Shown here: one piece after another, positions 37,122-52,100 of the stretch
How the letters are laid out: each line of letters begins with the position of its first letter
Numbering within the stretch: the first letter of the stretch is position 1
From: Eledone cirrhosa
Lineage: Eukaryota
Assembly: GCA_964016885.1 (NCBI GenBank)
Contig: OZ024741.1
Location: forward strand, 405,418,001-405,482,000
Reading direction: 5' to 3'
DNA length: 64,000 nucleotides
The notes under the pieces: generated by a model
The model's database searches: none
Told to the model about the DNA's origin: nothing
The model's input: only the letters and a program-made list of their open reading frames with translations
Program-made: the position numbers and the translations under genes

Positions 37122-40100
37122 GTTTTAAAGGATGCAGTGTCTCGACAGCTAACAACTGATGCAGGTAGTTTGTTCCATGGAGGTTTTAATGGATGTAGTG
37201 TCTCGACAGCTAACAACTGATGCAGGTAGTTTGTTCCATGGAGGGTTTAAAGGATACAGTGTCTCGACAGCTAACAACTGATGCAGGTGGTTTGTTCCAT
37301 GGTGGTTTTAAAGGATGCAGTATCTCGACAGCTAACAATTGATGCAGGTAGTTTGTTCCATGGAGGTTTAAAGGATGCAGTGTCTCGACACCTAACAACT
37401 GATGTAGGTAGTTTGTTCCATGGGGGTTTTGAAGGATGCAATGTCTCGACAGCTAACAACTGGTGCAGGTAGTTTGTTCCATGGAGGTTTTGAAGGATGC
37501 TGTGTCTCGACAGCTAACAACTGATGTAGGTAGTTTGTTCCATGGAGGTTTTAAAGGATGCGGTATCTCGACAGCTAATAACTGATGCAGCTAGTTTGTT
37601 CCATGGAGGTTTTGAAGGATGCAGTGTCACGCCAGCTAGCCACTGATGAGAGTAGTTTGTTCCATGGAGGTTTTAAAGGATGCAGTGTCTCGACAGCTAA
37701 CAACGGATGCAGGTAGTTTGTTCCATGGGGGTTTTAAAGGATGTAGTGTCTCGACAGGTAAAAACTGATGCAGGTAGTTTGTTCCATGAAGGTTTTAAAG
37801 GATGCAGTGTCTCGACAGCTGACAACTGATGCAGGTAGTTTGTTCCATGGAGGTTTTAAAGGATGCAGTGTCTCGACATCTAACAACTGATGCAGGTAGT
37901 TTGTTCCATGGAGGTTTTAAAGGATGTAGTGTCTCGACAGCTAAAAACTGATGCAGGTAGTTTGTTCCATCGAGGTTTTAAAGGATGCAGTGTCTCGACA
38001 GCTAACAACTGATGTAGGTAGATTGTTCCATGGAGGTTTTGAAGGATGCAGTGTCTCGACAGTTAACAACAGATGCAGGTAGTTTGTTCCATGGAGTTTT
38101 TAAAGGATGCAGTCTCAAGCCAGCTAACAACTGATGCAGGTAGTTTGTTGCATGGAGGTTTTAAAGGATGCAGTATCTCGAGAGCTAATAACTGATGCAG
38201 CTAGTTTGTTCCATGGAGGCTTTGAAGGATGCAGTGACTCGGCAGCTAACAACTGATGCAGCTAATTTGTTCCATGGAGGTTTTAAAGGATGCAGTGTCT
38301 CGACAACTAACAACTGACGCAGGAAGTTTGTTCCATGGAGGTTTTAAAGGATGCAGTGTCTCGACAGCTAACAACTGATGCAGGTAGTTTGTTCCATGGG
38401 GGTTTTAAAGGATGTAGTGTCTCGACAGCTAACAACTGATGCAGGTAGTTTGTTCCATGGAGGTTTTAAAGGATGCAGTGTTTCAACAGCTAACAACTGT
38501 TGCAGGGAGTTTGTTCCATGGAGTTTTTAAAGGATCCAGTGTCACGCCAGCTAACAAATGATGCAGGTAGTTTGTTCCATGGAGGTTTTAAAGGATGCAG
38601 TGTCTCGACATCTAACAACTGATGCAGGTAGTTTGTTCCATGGAGGTTTTAAAGGATGCAGTGTCTCGACAGCTGACAACTGATGCAGGTAGTTTTTTCC
38701 ATGGAGGTTTTAAAGGATGCAGTGTCTCGACATCAAACAACTGATGCAGGTAGTTTGTTCCATGGAGGTTTTAAAGGATGCTGTGTCTCGACAGCTAACA
38801 ACTGATGTAGATAGTTTTTTCCATGGAGGTTTTGAAGGATGCAGTGTCTCGACAGCAAACAACTGATGCAGGTAGTTTGTTCCATGGAGTTTTTAAAGGA
38901 TGCAGTGTCAAGGCCAGCTAACAACTGATGGAGGTAGTTTGTTCCATGGAGGTTTTAAAGGATGCAGTATCTCGACATCTAATAACTGATGCAGCTAGTT
39001 TGTTCCATGGAGGTTTTAAAAGATGCAGTGTCTCGACAGCTAACAACTGATGCAGGTAGTTTGTTCCATGGGGGTTTTAAAGGATGCAGTGTCTCGAGAG
39101 CTAACAACTGATGCAGGTAGTTTGTTCCATGGGGGTTTTAAAGGATGTAGTGTCTCGACAGCTAACAACTGATGCAGGTAGATTGTTCCATGGAGGTTTT
39201 AAAGGATGCAGTGTCTCGACATCGAACAACTGATGCAGGTAGTTTGTTCCATGGAGGTTTTAAAGGATGCAGTGTCTCAACATCTAACAACTGATGCGGG
39301 TAGTTTGTTCCATGGAGGTTTTAAAGGATGCAGTGTTTCGACAGCTAACAACTGATGCAGGTAGTTTGTTCCATGGAGGCTTTGAAGGATGCAGTGACTC
39401 GGCAGCTAACAACTAATGCAGCTACTTTGTTCCATGGAGGTTTTAAAGGATGCAGTGTCTCGACAGCTAACAACTGATGCAGGTAGTTTGTTCCACGGAG
39501 GTTTTAAAGGATGCTGTTTCTCGACAGCTAACAACTGATGCAGGTAGTTTGTTCCACGGAGGTTTTAAAGGATGCAGTGTCACGCCAGGTAACAACTGAT
39601 GCAGGTAGTTTGTTCCATGGAGGTTTTAAAGGATGCAGTGACTCGACAGCTAACAACTGATGCAGGTAGTTTGTTGCATGGAGGTTTTAAAGGATGCAGT
39701 GTCACGCCAGGTAACAACTGATGCAGGTAGTTTGTTGCATGGAGGCTTTGAAGGATGCAATGTCTCGGCAGCTAACAACTGATGCAGGTAGTTTGTTCCA
39801 TGGGGTTTTAAAGGATGCAGTGTCTCGACAGCTAACAAACGATGCAGGTAGTTTGTTCCATGGAGGTTTTAAAGGATGCAGTGTCTCGACAGCTGACAAC
39901 TGATGCAGGTAGTTTGTTCCATGGAGGTTTTAAAGGATGCCGTGTTTCGACAGCTAACAAACGATGCAGGTAGTTTGTTCCATGGAGGTTTTAAAGGATG
40001 CCGTGTTTCGACAGCTAACAACTGATGCAGGTAGTTGGTTTCAGGGAGGTTTTAAAGGATGCCGTGTTTCGACAGCTAACAACTGATGCAGGTAGTTTGT

Positions 40101-43100
40101 TCCATGGAGGTTTTAAAGGATGCCGTGTTTCGACAGCTAACAAACGATGCAGGTAGTTTGTTCCATGGAGGTTTTAAAGGATGCAGTGTCTCGACAGCTA
40201 ACAACTGATGCAGGTAGTTTGTTCCATGGAGGTTTTAAAGGATGCCGTGTTTCGACAGCTAACAACTGATGCAGGTAGTTGGTTTCAGGGAGGTTCTAAA
40301 GGATGCAGCGTCTCGACAGCTACCAACTGATGCAGGTAGTTTGTTCCATGGAGGTTTTAAATGATGCAGTGTCTCGACAGCTAACAACTGATGCAGGTAG
40401 TTTGTTCCATGGAGGTTTTAAAGGATGCAGTGTCTCGACAGCTAACAACTGATGCAGGTATTTTGTTCCATGGAGGTTTTAAATGATGCAGTGTCTCGAC
40501 AGCTAACAACTGATGCAGGTAGTTTGTTCCATGGGGTTTTTAAAGGATGGAGTGTCACGCCAGCTAACAACTGATGCAGGTAGTTTGTTCCACGGAGGTT
40601 TTAAAGGATGCAGTGTCTCGACAGCTAACAACTGATGCAGGTAGTTTGTTGCATGGAGGTTTTAAAGGATGCAGTATCTCGAGAGCTAATAACTGATGCA
40701 GCTAGTTTGTTCCATGGAGGTTTTAAAGGATCCAGTGTCACGCCAGCTAACAAATGATACAGGTAGTTTGTTCCATGGAGGTTTTAAAGGATGCAGTGTC
40801 TCGACAGCTAAGAACGGATGCAGGTAGTTTGTTCCATGGGGGTTTTAAAGGATGTAGTGTCTCGACAGCTAACAACTGATGCAGGTAGTTTGTTCCATGG
40901 AGGTTTTAAAGGATGCAGTGTCTCGACAGCTGACAACTGATGCAGGTAGTTTGTTCCATGGGGGTTTTAAAGGATGCAGTGTCTCGAGAGCTAACAACTG
41001 ATGCAGGTAGTTTGTTCCATGGGGGTTTTAAAGGATGTAGTGTCTCGACAGCTAACAACTGATGCAGGTAGATTGTTCCATGGAGGTTTTAAAGGATGCA
41101 GTGTCTCGACATCGAACAACTGATGCAGGTAGTTTGTTCCATGGAGGTTTTAAAGGATGCAGTGTCTCAACATCTAACAACTGATGCAGGTAGTTTGTTC
41201 CATGGAGGTTTTAAAGGATGCAGTGTTTCGACAGCTAACAACTGATGCAGGTAGTTTGTTCCATGGGGGTTTTAAAGGATGCAGTGTCTCGACAGCTAAC
41301 ACATGATGCAGGTAGTTTGTTCCATGGAGGTTTTAAAGGATGCAGTGTCTCGACAGCTAACAACTGATGCAGGTAGTTTGTTCCATGGAGGTTTTAAAGG
41401 ATGCAGTGTCTCGACAGCTAACAACTGATGCAGGTAGTTGGTTTCAGGGAGGTTCTTAAGGATGCAGCGTCTCGACAGCTAACAACTGATGCAGGTAGTT
41501 TGTTGCATGGAGGTTTTAAATGATGCAGTGTCTCGACAGCTAACAACTGATGCAGGTAGTTTGTTCCATGGGGGTTTTAAAGGATGTAGTGTCCCGACAG
41601 CTAACAACTGATGCAGGTAGTTTGTTCCATGGAGGTTTTAAAGGATGCAGTGTCTCGACAGCTAACAACTGATGCAGCTACTTTGTTCCATGGAGGTTTT
41701 AAAGGATGCAGTGTCTCGACAGCTAATAACTGATGCAGGTAGTTTGTTCCATGGAGGTTTTAAAGGATGCAGTGTCTCGACAGCTAACAACTGATGCAGG
41801 TAGTTTGTTCCACGGAGGTTTTAAAGGATGCTGTTTCTCGACAGCTAACAACTGATGCAGGTAGTTTGTTCCATGGAGGTTTTAAAGGATGCAGTGTCTC
41901 GACAGCTAACAACTGATGCAGGTAGTTGGTTTCAGGGAGGTTCTTAAGGATGCAGCGTCTCGACAGCTAACAACTGATGCAGGTAGTTTGTTCCATGGGG
42001 GTTTTAAAGGATGTAGTGTCTCGACAGCTAACAACTGATGCAGGTAGTTTGTTCCATGGAGGTTTTAAAGGATGCAGTGTCTCGACAGCTGACAACTGAT
42101 GCAGGTAGTTTTTTCCATGGAGGTTTTAAAGGATGCAGTGTCTCGACATCAAACAACTGATGCAGGTAGTTTGTTCCATGGAGGTTTTAAAGAATGCTGT
42201 GTCTCGACAGCTAACAACTGATGTAGATAGTTTGTTCCATGGAGGTTTTGAAGGATGCAGTGTCTCGACAGCAAACAACTGATGCAGGTAGTTTGTTCCA
42301 TGGAGTTTTTAAAGGATGCAGTGTCAAGGCCAGCTAACAACTGATGGAGGTAGTTTGTTCCATGGAGGTTTTAAAGGATGCAGTATCTCGACATCTAATA
42401 ACTGATGCAGCTAGTTTGTTCCATGGAGGTTTTAAAGGATGCAGTGTCTCGACAGCTAACAACTGATGCAGGTAGTTTGTTCCATGGGGGTTTTAAAGGA
42501 TGCAGTGTCTCGAGAGCTAACAACTGATGCAGGTAGTTTGTTCCATGGGGGTTTTAAAGGATGTAGTGTCTCGACAGCTAACAACTGATGCAGGTAGATT
42601 GTTCCATGGAGGTTTTAAAGGATGCAGTGTCTCGACATCGAACAACTGATGCAGGTAGTTTGTTCCATGGAGGTTTTAAAGGATGCAGTGTCTCAACATC
42701 TAACAACTGATGCAGGTAGTTTGTTCCATGGAGGTTTTAAAGGATGCAGTGTTTCGACAGCTAACAACTGATGCAGGTAGTTTGTTCCATGGAGGCTTTG
42801 AAGGATGCAGTGACTCGGCAGCTAACAACTGATGCAGCTACTTTGTTCCATGGAGGTTTTAAAGGATGCAGTGTCTCGACAGCTAACAACTGATGCAGGT
42901 AGTTTGTTCCATGGGGTTTTTAAAGGATGGAGTGTCACGCCAGCTAACAACTGATGCAGGTAGTTTGTTCCACGGAGGTTTTAAAGGATGCAGTGTCTCG
43001 ACAGCTAACAACTGATGCAGGTAGTTTGTTGCATGGAGGTTTTAAAGGATGCAGTATCTCGAGAGCTAATAACTGATGCAGCTAGTTTGTTCCATGGAGG

Positions 43101-46100
43101 TTTTAAAGGATCCAGTGTCACGCCAGCTAACAAATGATACAGGTAGTTTGTTCCATGGAGGTTTTAAAGGATGCAGTGTCTCGACAGCTAAGAACGGATG
43201 CAGGTAGTTTGTTCCATGGGGGTTTTAAAGGATGTAGTGTCTCGACAGCTAACAACTGATGCAGGTAGTTTGTTCCATGGAGGTTTTAAAGGATGCAGTG
43301 TCTCGACAGCTGACAACTGATGCAGGTAGTTTGTTCCATGGGGGTTTTAAAGGATGCAGTGTCTCGAGAGCTAACAACTGATGCAGGTAGTTTGTTCCAT
43401 GGGGGTTTTAAAGGATGTAGTGTCTCGACAGCTAACAACTGATGCAGGTAGATTGTTCCATGGAGGTTTTAAAGGATGCAGTGTCTCGACATCGAACAAC
43501 TGATGCAGGTAGTTTGTTCCATGGAGGTTTTAAAGGATGCAGTGTCTCAACATCTAACAACTGATGCAGGTAGTTTGTTCCATGGAGGTTTTAAAGGATG
43601 CAGTGTTTCGACAGCTAACAACTGATGCAGGTAGTTTGTTCCATGGGGGTTTTAAAGGATGCAGTGTCTCGACAGCTAACACATGATGCAGGTAGTTTGT
43701 TCCATGGAGGTTTTAAAGGATGCAGTGTCTCGACAGCTAACAACTGATGCAGGTAGTTTGTTCCATGGAGGTTTTAAAGGATGCAGTGTCTCGACAGCTA
43801 ACAACTGATGCAGGTAGTTGGTTTCAGGGAGGTTCTTAAGGATGCAGCGTCTCGACAGCTAACAACTGATGCAGGTAGTTTGTTCAATGGAGGTTTTAAA
43901 TGATGCAGTGTCTCGACAGCTAACAACTGATGCAGGTAGTTTGTTCCATGGGGGTTTTAAAGGATGTAGTGTCCCGACAGCTAACAACTGATGCAGGTAG
44001 TTTGTTCCATGGAGGTTTTAAAGGATGCAGTGTCTCGACAGCTGACAACTGATGCAGGTAGTTTTTTCCATGGAGGTTTTAAAGGATGCAGTGTCTCGAC
44101 ATCAAACAACTGATGCAGGTAGTTTGTTCCATGGAGGTTTTAAAGGATGCTGTGTCTCGACAGCTAACAACTGATGTAGATAGTTTGTTCCATGGAGGTT
44201 TTGAAGGATGCAGTGTCTCGACAGCAAACAACTGATGCAGGTAGTTTGTTCCATGGAGTTTTTAAAGGATGCAGTGTCAAGGCCAGCTAACAACTGATGG
44301 AGGTAGTTTGTTCCATGGAGGTTTTAAAGGATGCAGTATCTCGACATCTAATAACTGATGCAGCTAGTTTGTTCCATGGAGGTTTTAAAGGATGCAGTGT
44401 CTCGACAGCTAACAACTGATGCAGGTAGTTTGTTCCATGGGGGTTTTAAAGGATGCAGTGTCTCGAGAGCTAACAACTGATGCAGGTAGTTTGTTCCATG
44501 GGGGTTTTAAAGGATGTAGTGTCTCGACAGCTAACAACTGATGCAGGTAGATTGTTCCATGGCGGTTTTAAAGGATGCAGTGTCTCGACATCGAACAACT
44601 GATGCAGGTAGTTTGTTCCATGGAGGTTTTAAAGGATGCAGTGTCTCAACATCTAACAACTGATGCAGGTAGTTTGTTCCATGGAGGTTTTAAAGGATGC
44701 AGTGTTTCGACAGCTAACAGCTGATGCACGTAGTTTGTTCCATGGAGGCTTTGAAGGATGCAGTGACTCGGCAGCTAACAACTGATGCAGCTACTTTGTT
44801 CCATGGAGGTTTTAAAGGATGCAGTGTCTCGACAGCTAATAACTGATGCAGGTAGTTTGTTCCATGGAGGTTTTAAAGGATGCAGTGTCTCGACAGCTAA
44901 CAACTGATGCAGGTAGTTTGTTCCACGGAGGTTTTAAAGGATGCTGTTTCTCGACAGCTAACAACTGATGCAGGTAGTTTGTTCCATGGAGGTTTTAAAG
45001 GATGCAGTGTCTCGACAGCTAACAACTGATGCAGGTAGTTGGTTTCAGGGAGGTTCTTAAGGATGCAGCGTCTCGACAGCTAACAACTGATGCAGGTAGT
45101 TTGTTCCATGGGGGTTTTAAAGGATGTAGTGTCTCGACAGCTAACAACTGATGCAGGTAGTTTGTTCCATGGAGGTTTTAAAGGATGCAGTGTCTCGACA
45201 GCTGACAACTGATGCAGGTAGTTTTTTCCATGGAGGTTTTAAAGGATGCAGTGTCTCGACATCAAACAACTGATGCAGGTAGTTTGTTCCATGGAGGTTT
45301 TAAAGAATGCTGTGTCTCGACAGCTAACAACTGATGTAGATAGTTTGTTCCATGGAGGTTTTGAAGGATGCAGTGTCTCGACAGCAAACAACTGATGCAG
45401 GTAGTTTGTTCCATGGAATTTTTAAAGGATGCAGTGTCAAGGCCAGCTAACAACTGATGGAGGTAGTTTGTTCCATGGAGGTTTTAAAGGATGCAGTATC
45501 TCGACATCTAATAACTGATGCAGCTAGTTTGTTCCATGGAGGTTTTAAAGGATGCAGTGTCTCGACAGCTAACAACTGATGCAGGTAGTTTGTTCCATGG
45601 GGGTTTTAAAGGATGCAGTGTCTCGAGAGCTAACAACTGATGCAGGTAGTTTGTTCCATGGGGGTTTTAAAGGATGTAGTGTCTCGACAGCTAACAACTG
45701 ATGCAGGTAGATTGTTCCATGGAGGTTTTAAAGGATGCAGTGTCTCGACATCGAACAACTGATGCAGGTAGTTTGTTCCATGGAGGTTTTAAAGGATGCA
45801 GTGTCTCAACATCTAACAACTGATGCAGGTAGTTTGTTCCATGGAGGTTTTAAAGGATGCAGTGTTTCGACAGCTAACAACTGATGCAGGTAGTTTGTTC
45901 CATGGAGGCTTTGAAGGATGCAGTGACTCGGCAGCTAACAACTGATGCAGCTACTTTGTTCCATGGAGGTTTTAAAGGATGCAGTGTCTCGACAGCTAAC
46001 AACTGATGCAGGTAGTTTGTTCCATGGAGGTTTTAAAGGATGCAGTGTCTCGACAGCTAACAACTGATGCAGGTAGTTTGTTCCATGGAGGTTTTAAAGG

Positions 46101-49100
46101 ATGCAGTGTCTCGACAGCTAACAACTGATGCAGGTAGTTTGTTCCATGGAGGTTTTAAAGGATGCAGTGTCTCGACAGCAAACAACTGATGCAGGAAGTT
46201 TGTTGCATGGAGTTTTTAAAGGATGCAGTGTCACGCCAGGTAACAACTGATGCAGGTAGTTTGTTCCATGGAGGTTTTAAAGGATGCAGTGTCTCGACAG
46301 CTAACAACTGATGCAGGTAGTTTGTTGCATGGAGGTTTTAAAGGATGCAGTGTCTCGACAGATAACAACTGATGCAGGTAGTTTGTTCCATGGAGGCTTT
46401 GAAGGATGCAATGTCTCGGCAGCTAACAACTGATGCAGGTAGTTTGTTCCATGGGGGCTTTAAAGGATGCAGTGTCTCGACAGCTAACAACTGATGCAGG
46501 TAGTTTGTTCCATGGAGGTTTTAAAGGATGCAGTGTCTCGACAGCTAACAACTGATGCAGGTAGTTTGTTCCATGGAGGTTTTAAAGGATGCAGTGTCAC
46601 GCCAGCTAACAACTGATGCATGTAGTTTGTTCCATGGAGGTTTTAAATGATGCAGTGTCTCGACAGCTAACAACTGATGCAGGTAGTTTGTTCCATGGAG
46701 GATTTAAAGGATGCAGTGTCACGCCAGCTAACAACTGATGCATGTAGTTTGTTCCATGGAGGTTTTAAATGATGCAGTGTCTCGACAGCTAACAACTGAT
46801 GCAGGTAGTTTGTTCCATCGAAGTTTTAAAGGATGCAGTGTCTCGACAGCTAACAACTGATGCAGCTAGTTTGTTCAATGGAGGTTTTAAATGATGCAGT
46901 GTCTCGACAGCTAACAACTGATGCAGGTAGTTTGTTCCATGGAGGTTTTAAAGGATGCAGTGTCTCGACAGCTAACAACTGATGCAGGTAGTTTGTTCCA
47001 TGGAGGTTTTAAAGGATGCCGTGTTTCGACAGCTAACAACTGATGCAGGTAGTTGGTTTCAGGGAGGTTCTAAAGGATGCAGCGTCTCGACAGCTAACAA
47101 CTGATGCAGGTAGTTTGTTCCATGGAGGTTTTAAATGATGCAGTGTCTCGACAGCTAACAACTGATGCAGGTAGTTTGTTCCATGGAGGTTTTAAAGGAT
47201 GCAGTGTCTCGACAGCTAACAACTGATGCAGGTATTTTGTTCCATGGAGGTTTTAAAGGATGCAGTGTCTCGACAGCTAACAACTGATGCAGGTAGTTTG
47301 TTCCATGGGGTTTTTAAAGGATGGAGTGTCACGCCAGCTAACAACTGATGCAGGTAGTTTGTTCCACGGAGGTTTTAAAGGATGCAGTGTCTCGACAGCT
47401 AACAACTGATGCAGGTAGTTTGTTGCATTGAGGTTTTAAAGGATGCAGTATCTCGAGAGCTAATAACTGATGCAGCTAGTTTGTTCCATGGAGGTTTTAA
47501 AGGATCCAGTGTCACGCCAGCTAACAAATGATACAGGTAGTTTGTTCCATAGAGGTTTTAAAGGATGCAGTGTCTCGACAGCTAAGAACGGATGCAGGTA
47601 GTTTGTTCCATGGGGGTTTTAAAGGATGTAGTGTCTCGACAGCTAACAACTGATGCAGGTAGTTTGTTCCATGGAGGTTTTAAAGGATGCAGTGTCTCGA
47701 CAGCTGACAACTGATGCAGGTAGTTTGTTCCATGGGGGTTTTAAAGGATGCAGTGTCTCGAGAGCTAACAACTGATGCAGGTAGTTTGTTCCATGGGGGT
47801 TTTAAAGGATGTAGTGTCTCGACAGCTAACAACTGATGCAGGTAGATTGTTCCATGGAGGTTTTAAAGGATGCAGTGTCTCGACATCGAACAACTGATGC
47901 AGGTAGTTTGTTCCATGGAGGTTTTAAAGGATGCAGTGTCTCAACATCTAACAACTGATGCAGGTAGTTTGTTCCATGGAGTTTTTAAAGGATGCAGTGT
48001 CTCGACAGCTAACAACTGATGCAGGTAGTTTGTTCCATGGAGGTTTTAAAGGATTCAGTGTCTCGACAGCTAACAACTGATGCAGGTATTTTGTTCCATG
48101 GAGGTTTTAAAGGATGCAGTGTCTCGACAGCTAACAACTGATGCAGGTAGTTTGTTCCATGGGGTTTTTAAAGGATGGAGTGTCACGCCAGCTAACAACT
48201 GATGCAGGTAGTTTGTTCCACGGAGGTTTTAAAGGAAGCAGTGTCTCGACAGCTAACAACTGATGCAGGTAGTTTGTTGCATGGAGGTTTTAAAGGATGC
48301 AGTATCTCGAGAGCTAATAACTGATGCAGCTAGTTTGTTCCATGGAGGTTTTAAAGGATCCAGTGTCACGCCAGCTAACAAATGATACAGGTAGTTTGTT
48401 CCATAGAGGTTTTAAAGGATGCAGTGTCTCGACAGCTAAGAACGGATGCAGGTAGTTTGTTCCATGGGGGTTTTAAAGGATGTAGTGTCTCGACAGCTAA
48501 CAACTGATGCAGGTAGTTTGTTCCATGGAGGTTTTAAAGGATGCAGTGTCTCGACAGCTGACAACTGATGCAGGTAGTTTGTTCCATGGGGGTTTTAAAG
48601 GATGCAGTGTCTCGAGAGCTAACAACTGATGCAGGTAGTTTGTTCCATGGGGGTTTTAAAGGATGTAGTGTCTCGACAGCTAACAACTGATGCAGGTAGA
48701 TTGTTCCATGGAGGTTTTAAAGGATGCAGTGTCTCGACATCGAACAACTGATGCAGGTAGTTTGTTCCATGGAGGTTTTAAAGGATGCAGTGTCTCAACA
48801 TCTAACAACTGATGCAGGTAGTTTGTTCCATGGAGTTTTTAAAGGATGCAGTGTCTCGACAGCTAACAACTGATGCAGGTAGTTTGTTCCATGGAGGTTT
48901 TAAAGGATGCAGTGTCTCGACAGCTAACAACTGATGCAGGTAGTTGGTTTCAGGGAGGTTCTTAAGGATGCAGCGTCTCGACAGCTAACAACTGATGCAG
49001 GTAGTTTGTTCCATGGAGGTTTTAAATGATGCAGTGTCTCGACAGCTAACAACTGATGCAGGTAGTTTGTTCCATCGAAGTTTTAAAGGATGCAGTGTCT

Positions 49101-52100
49101 CGACAGCTAACAACTGATGCAAGTAGTTTATCCTATGGAGGTTTTAAATGATGCAGTGTCTCAAGAGCTAACAACTGATGCAGGTAGTTTGTTCCATGGA
49201 GGTTTTAATGGATGCAATGTCTCGACAGCTAACAACTGAAGCAGGTAGTTTGTTCCATGGGGGTTTTAAAGGATGCAGTGTCTCGACAGCTAACAACTGA
49301 TGCAGGTAGTTTGTTCCATGGATGTTTTAAAGGATGCAGCGTCTCGACAGCTAACAACTGATGCAGGTAGTTTTTTCCATGGAAGTTTTAAAGGATGCAG
49401 TGTCTCGACATCTAACAACTGATGCAGGTAGTTTGTTCCATGGAGGTTTTAAAGGATGCAGTGTCACGCCAGCTAACAACTGATGCAGGTAGTTTGTTCC
49501 ATGGAGGTTTTAAACGATGCAGTATCTCGACAGCTAATAACTGATGCAGGTAGTTTGTTACATTGAGGTTTTAAAGGATGCAGTGTCTCGACAGCTAACA
49601 ACTGATGCAGGTAGTTTGTTCCATGGGGGTTTGAAAGGATGCAGTCTCTCGACAGCTAACAAACGATGCAGGTAGTTTGTTCCATGGAGGTTTTAAAGGA
49701 TGCAGTGTCTCGACAGCTAACAACGAATGCAGGTAGTTTGTTCCATGGAGGTTTTAAAGGATGCAGTGTCTCGACAGCTAACAACTGATGCAGGTAGTTT
49801 TTTCCATGGAGGTTTTAAAGGATGCAGTGTCACGCCAGCTAACAACTGATGCAGGTATTTTGTACCATGGAGGTTTTAAAGGATGCAGTGTCTCGACAGC
49901 TAACAACTGATGCAGGTAGTTTGTTCCATGGCGTTTATAATGGATGGAGCGTCACGCCAGCTAACAACTGATGCAGATAGTTTGTTCCATGGAGGTTTTA
50001 AACGATGCCCTGTTTCGACAGCTAACAACTGATGCAGGTAGTTGGTTTCAGGGAGGTTCTAGAGGATGCAGCGTCTCGACAGCTAACAACTGATGCAGGT
50101 AGTTTGTTCCATGTAGGTTTTAAATGATGCAGTGTCTCGACAGCTAACAACTGATGCAGGTAGTTTGTTCCATCGAAGTTTTAAAGGATGCAGTGTCTCG
50201 ACAGCTAACAACTGATGCAAGTAGTTTGTCCCATGGAGGTTTTAATTGATGCAGTGTCTCGACAGCTAACAACTGATGCAGGTAGTTTGTTCCATGGAGG
50301 TTTTAAATGATGCAGTGTCTCGACAGCTAACAACTGATGCAGGTAGTTTGTTCTATGGAGGTTTTAAAGGATGCACTGTCACGCAAGCTAACAACTGATG
50401 CAGGTTGTTTGTTCCATGGAGGTTTTAAACGATGCAGTATCTCGACAGCTAATAACTGATGCAGGTAGTTTGTTACATTGAGGTTTTAAACGATGCAGTA
50501 TCTCGACAGCTAACAACTGATGCAGGTAGTTTGTTCCATGGGGGTTTTAAAGGATGCAGTGTCTCGACAGCTAACAACATACGCAGGTAGTTTGTTCCAT
50601 GGAGGTTTTAAAGGATGCAGTGTCTCGAGAGCTAACAACTGATGCAGGTAGTTTGTTCCATGGAGTTTTTAAAGGATGCAATGTCTCGACAGCTAACAAC
50701 TGAAGCAGGTAGTTTGTTCCATGGGGGTTTTAAAGGATGCAGTGTCTCGACAGCTAACAACATATGCAGGTAGTTTGTTCCATGGAGGTTTTAATGGATG
50801 GAGTGTCACGCCAGCTAACAACTGATGCAGGTAGTTTGTTCCACGGAGGTTTTAAAGGATGCAGTGTCTCGACAGCTAACAACTGATGCAGGTAGTTTGT
50901 TCCATGGAGGTTTTAAAGGATGCAGTGTCTCGATATCTAACAACTGATGCAGGTAGTTTGTTCCATGGAGGTTTTAAAGGATGCAGTGTCACGCCAGCTA
51001 ACAACTGATGCAGGTAGTTTGTTCCATGGAGGTTTTAAACGATGCAGTATCTCGACAGCTAATAACTGATGCAGGTAGTTTGTTACATTGAGGTTTTAAA
51101 CGATGCATTATCTCGACAGCTAACAACTGATGCAGGTAGTTTGTTCCATGGTGGTTTTAAAGGATGCAGTGTCTCGACAGCTAACAACTGATGCAGGTAG
51201 TTTGTTCCATGGAGGTTTGAAAGGATGCAGTCTCTCGACAGCTAGCAACTGATGCAGGTAGTTTGTTCCATGGAGGTTTTAAAGGATGCAGTGTCTCGAC
51301 AGCTAACAACGAATGCAGGTAGTTTGTTCCATGGAGGTTTTAAACGATGCAGTATCTCGACAGCTAACAACTGATGCAGGTAGCGTGTTCCATGGTGGTT
51401 TTAAAGGATGCAGTGTCTCGACAGCTAACAACTGATGCAGGTAGTTTGTTCCATGGAGGTTTTAAAGGATGCAGTGTCTCGACAGCTAACAACTGATGCA
51501 GGTAGTTTTTTCCATGGAGGTTTTAAAGGATGCAGTGTCACGCCAGCTAACAACTGATGCAGGTATTTTGTTCCATGGAGGTTTTAAAGGATGCAGTGTC
51601 TCGACAGCTAACAACTGATGCAGGTAGTTTGTTCCATGGGGTTTTTAATGGATGGAGCGTCACGCCAGCTAACAACTGATGCCGGTAGTTTGTTCCATGG
51701 AGGTTTTAATCGATGCCGTGTTTCGACAGCTAACAACTGATGCAGGTAGTTGGTTTCAGGAAGGTTCTAAAGGATGCAGCGTCTCGACAGCTAACAACTG
51801 ATGCAGGTAGTTTGTTCCATGGAGGTTTTAAATGATGCAGTGTCTCGACAACTAACAACTGATGCAGGTAGTTTGTTCCATCGAAGTTTTAAAGGATGCA
51901 GTGTCTCGACAGCTAACAACTGATGCAAGTAGTTTGTCCCATGGAGGTTTTAAATGATGCAGTGTCTCGACAGCTAACAACTGATGCAGGTAGTTTGTTC
52001 CATGGAGGTTTTAAAGGATGCAGTGTCTCGACAGCTAACAACTGATGCAGGTAGTTTGTTCTATGGAGGTTTTAAAGGATGCACTGTCACGCCAGCTAAC

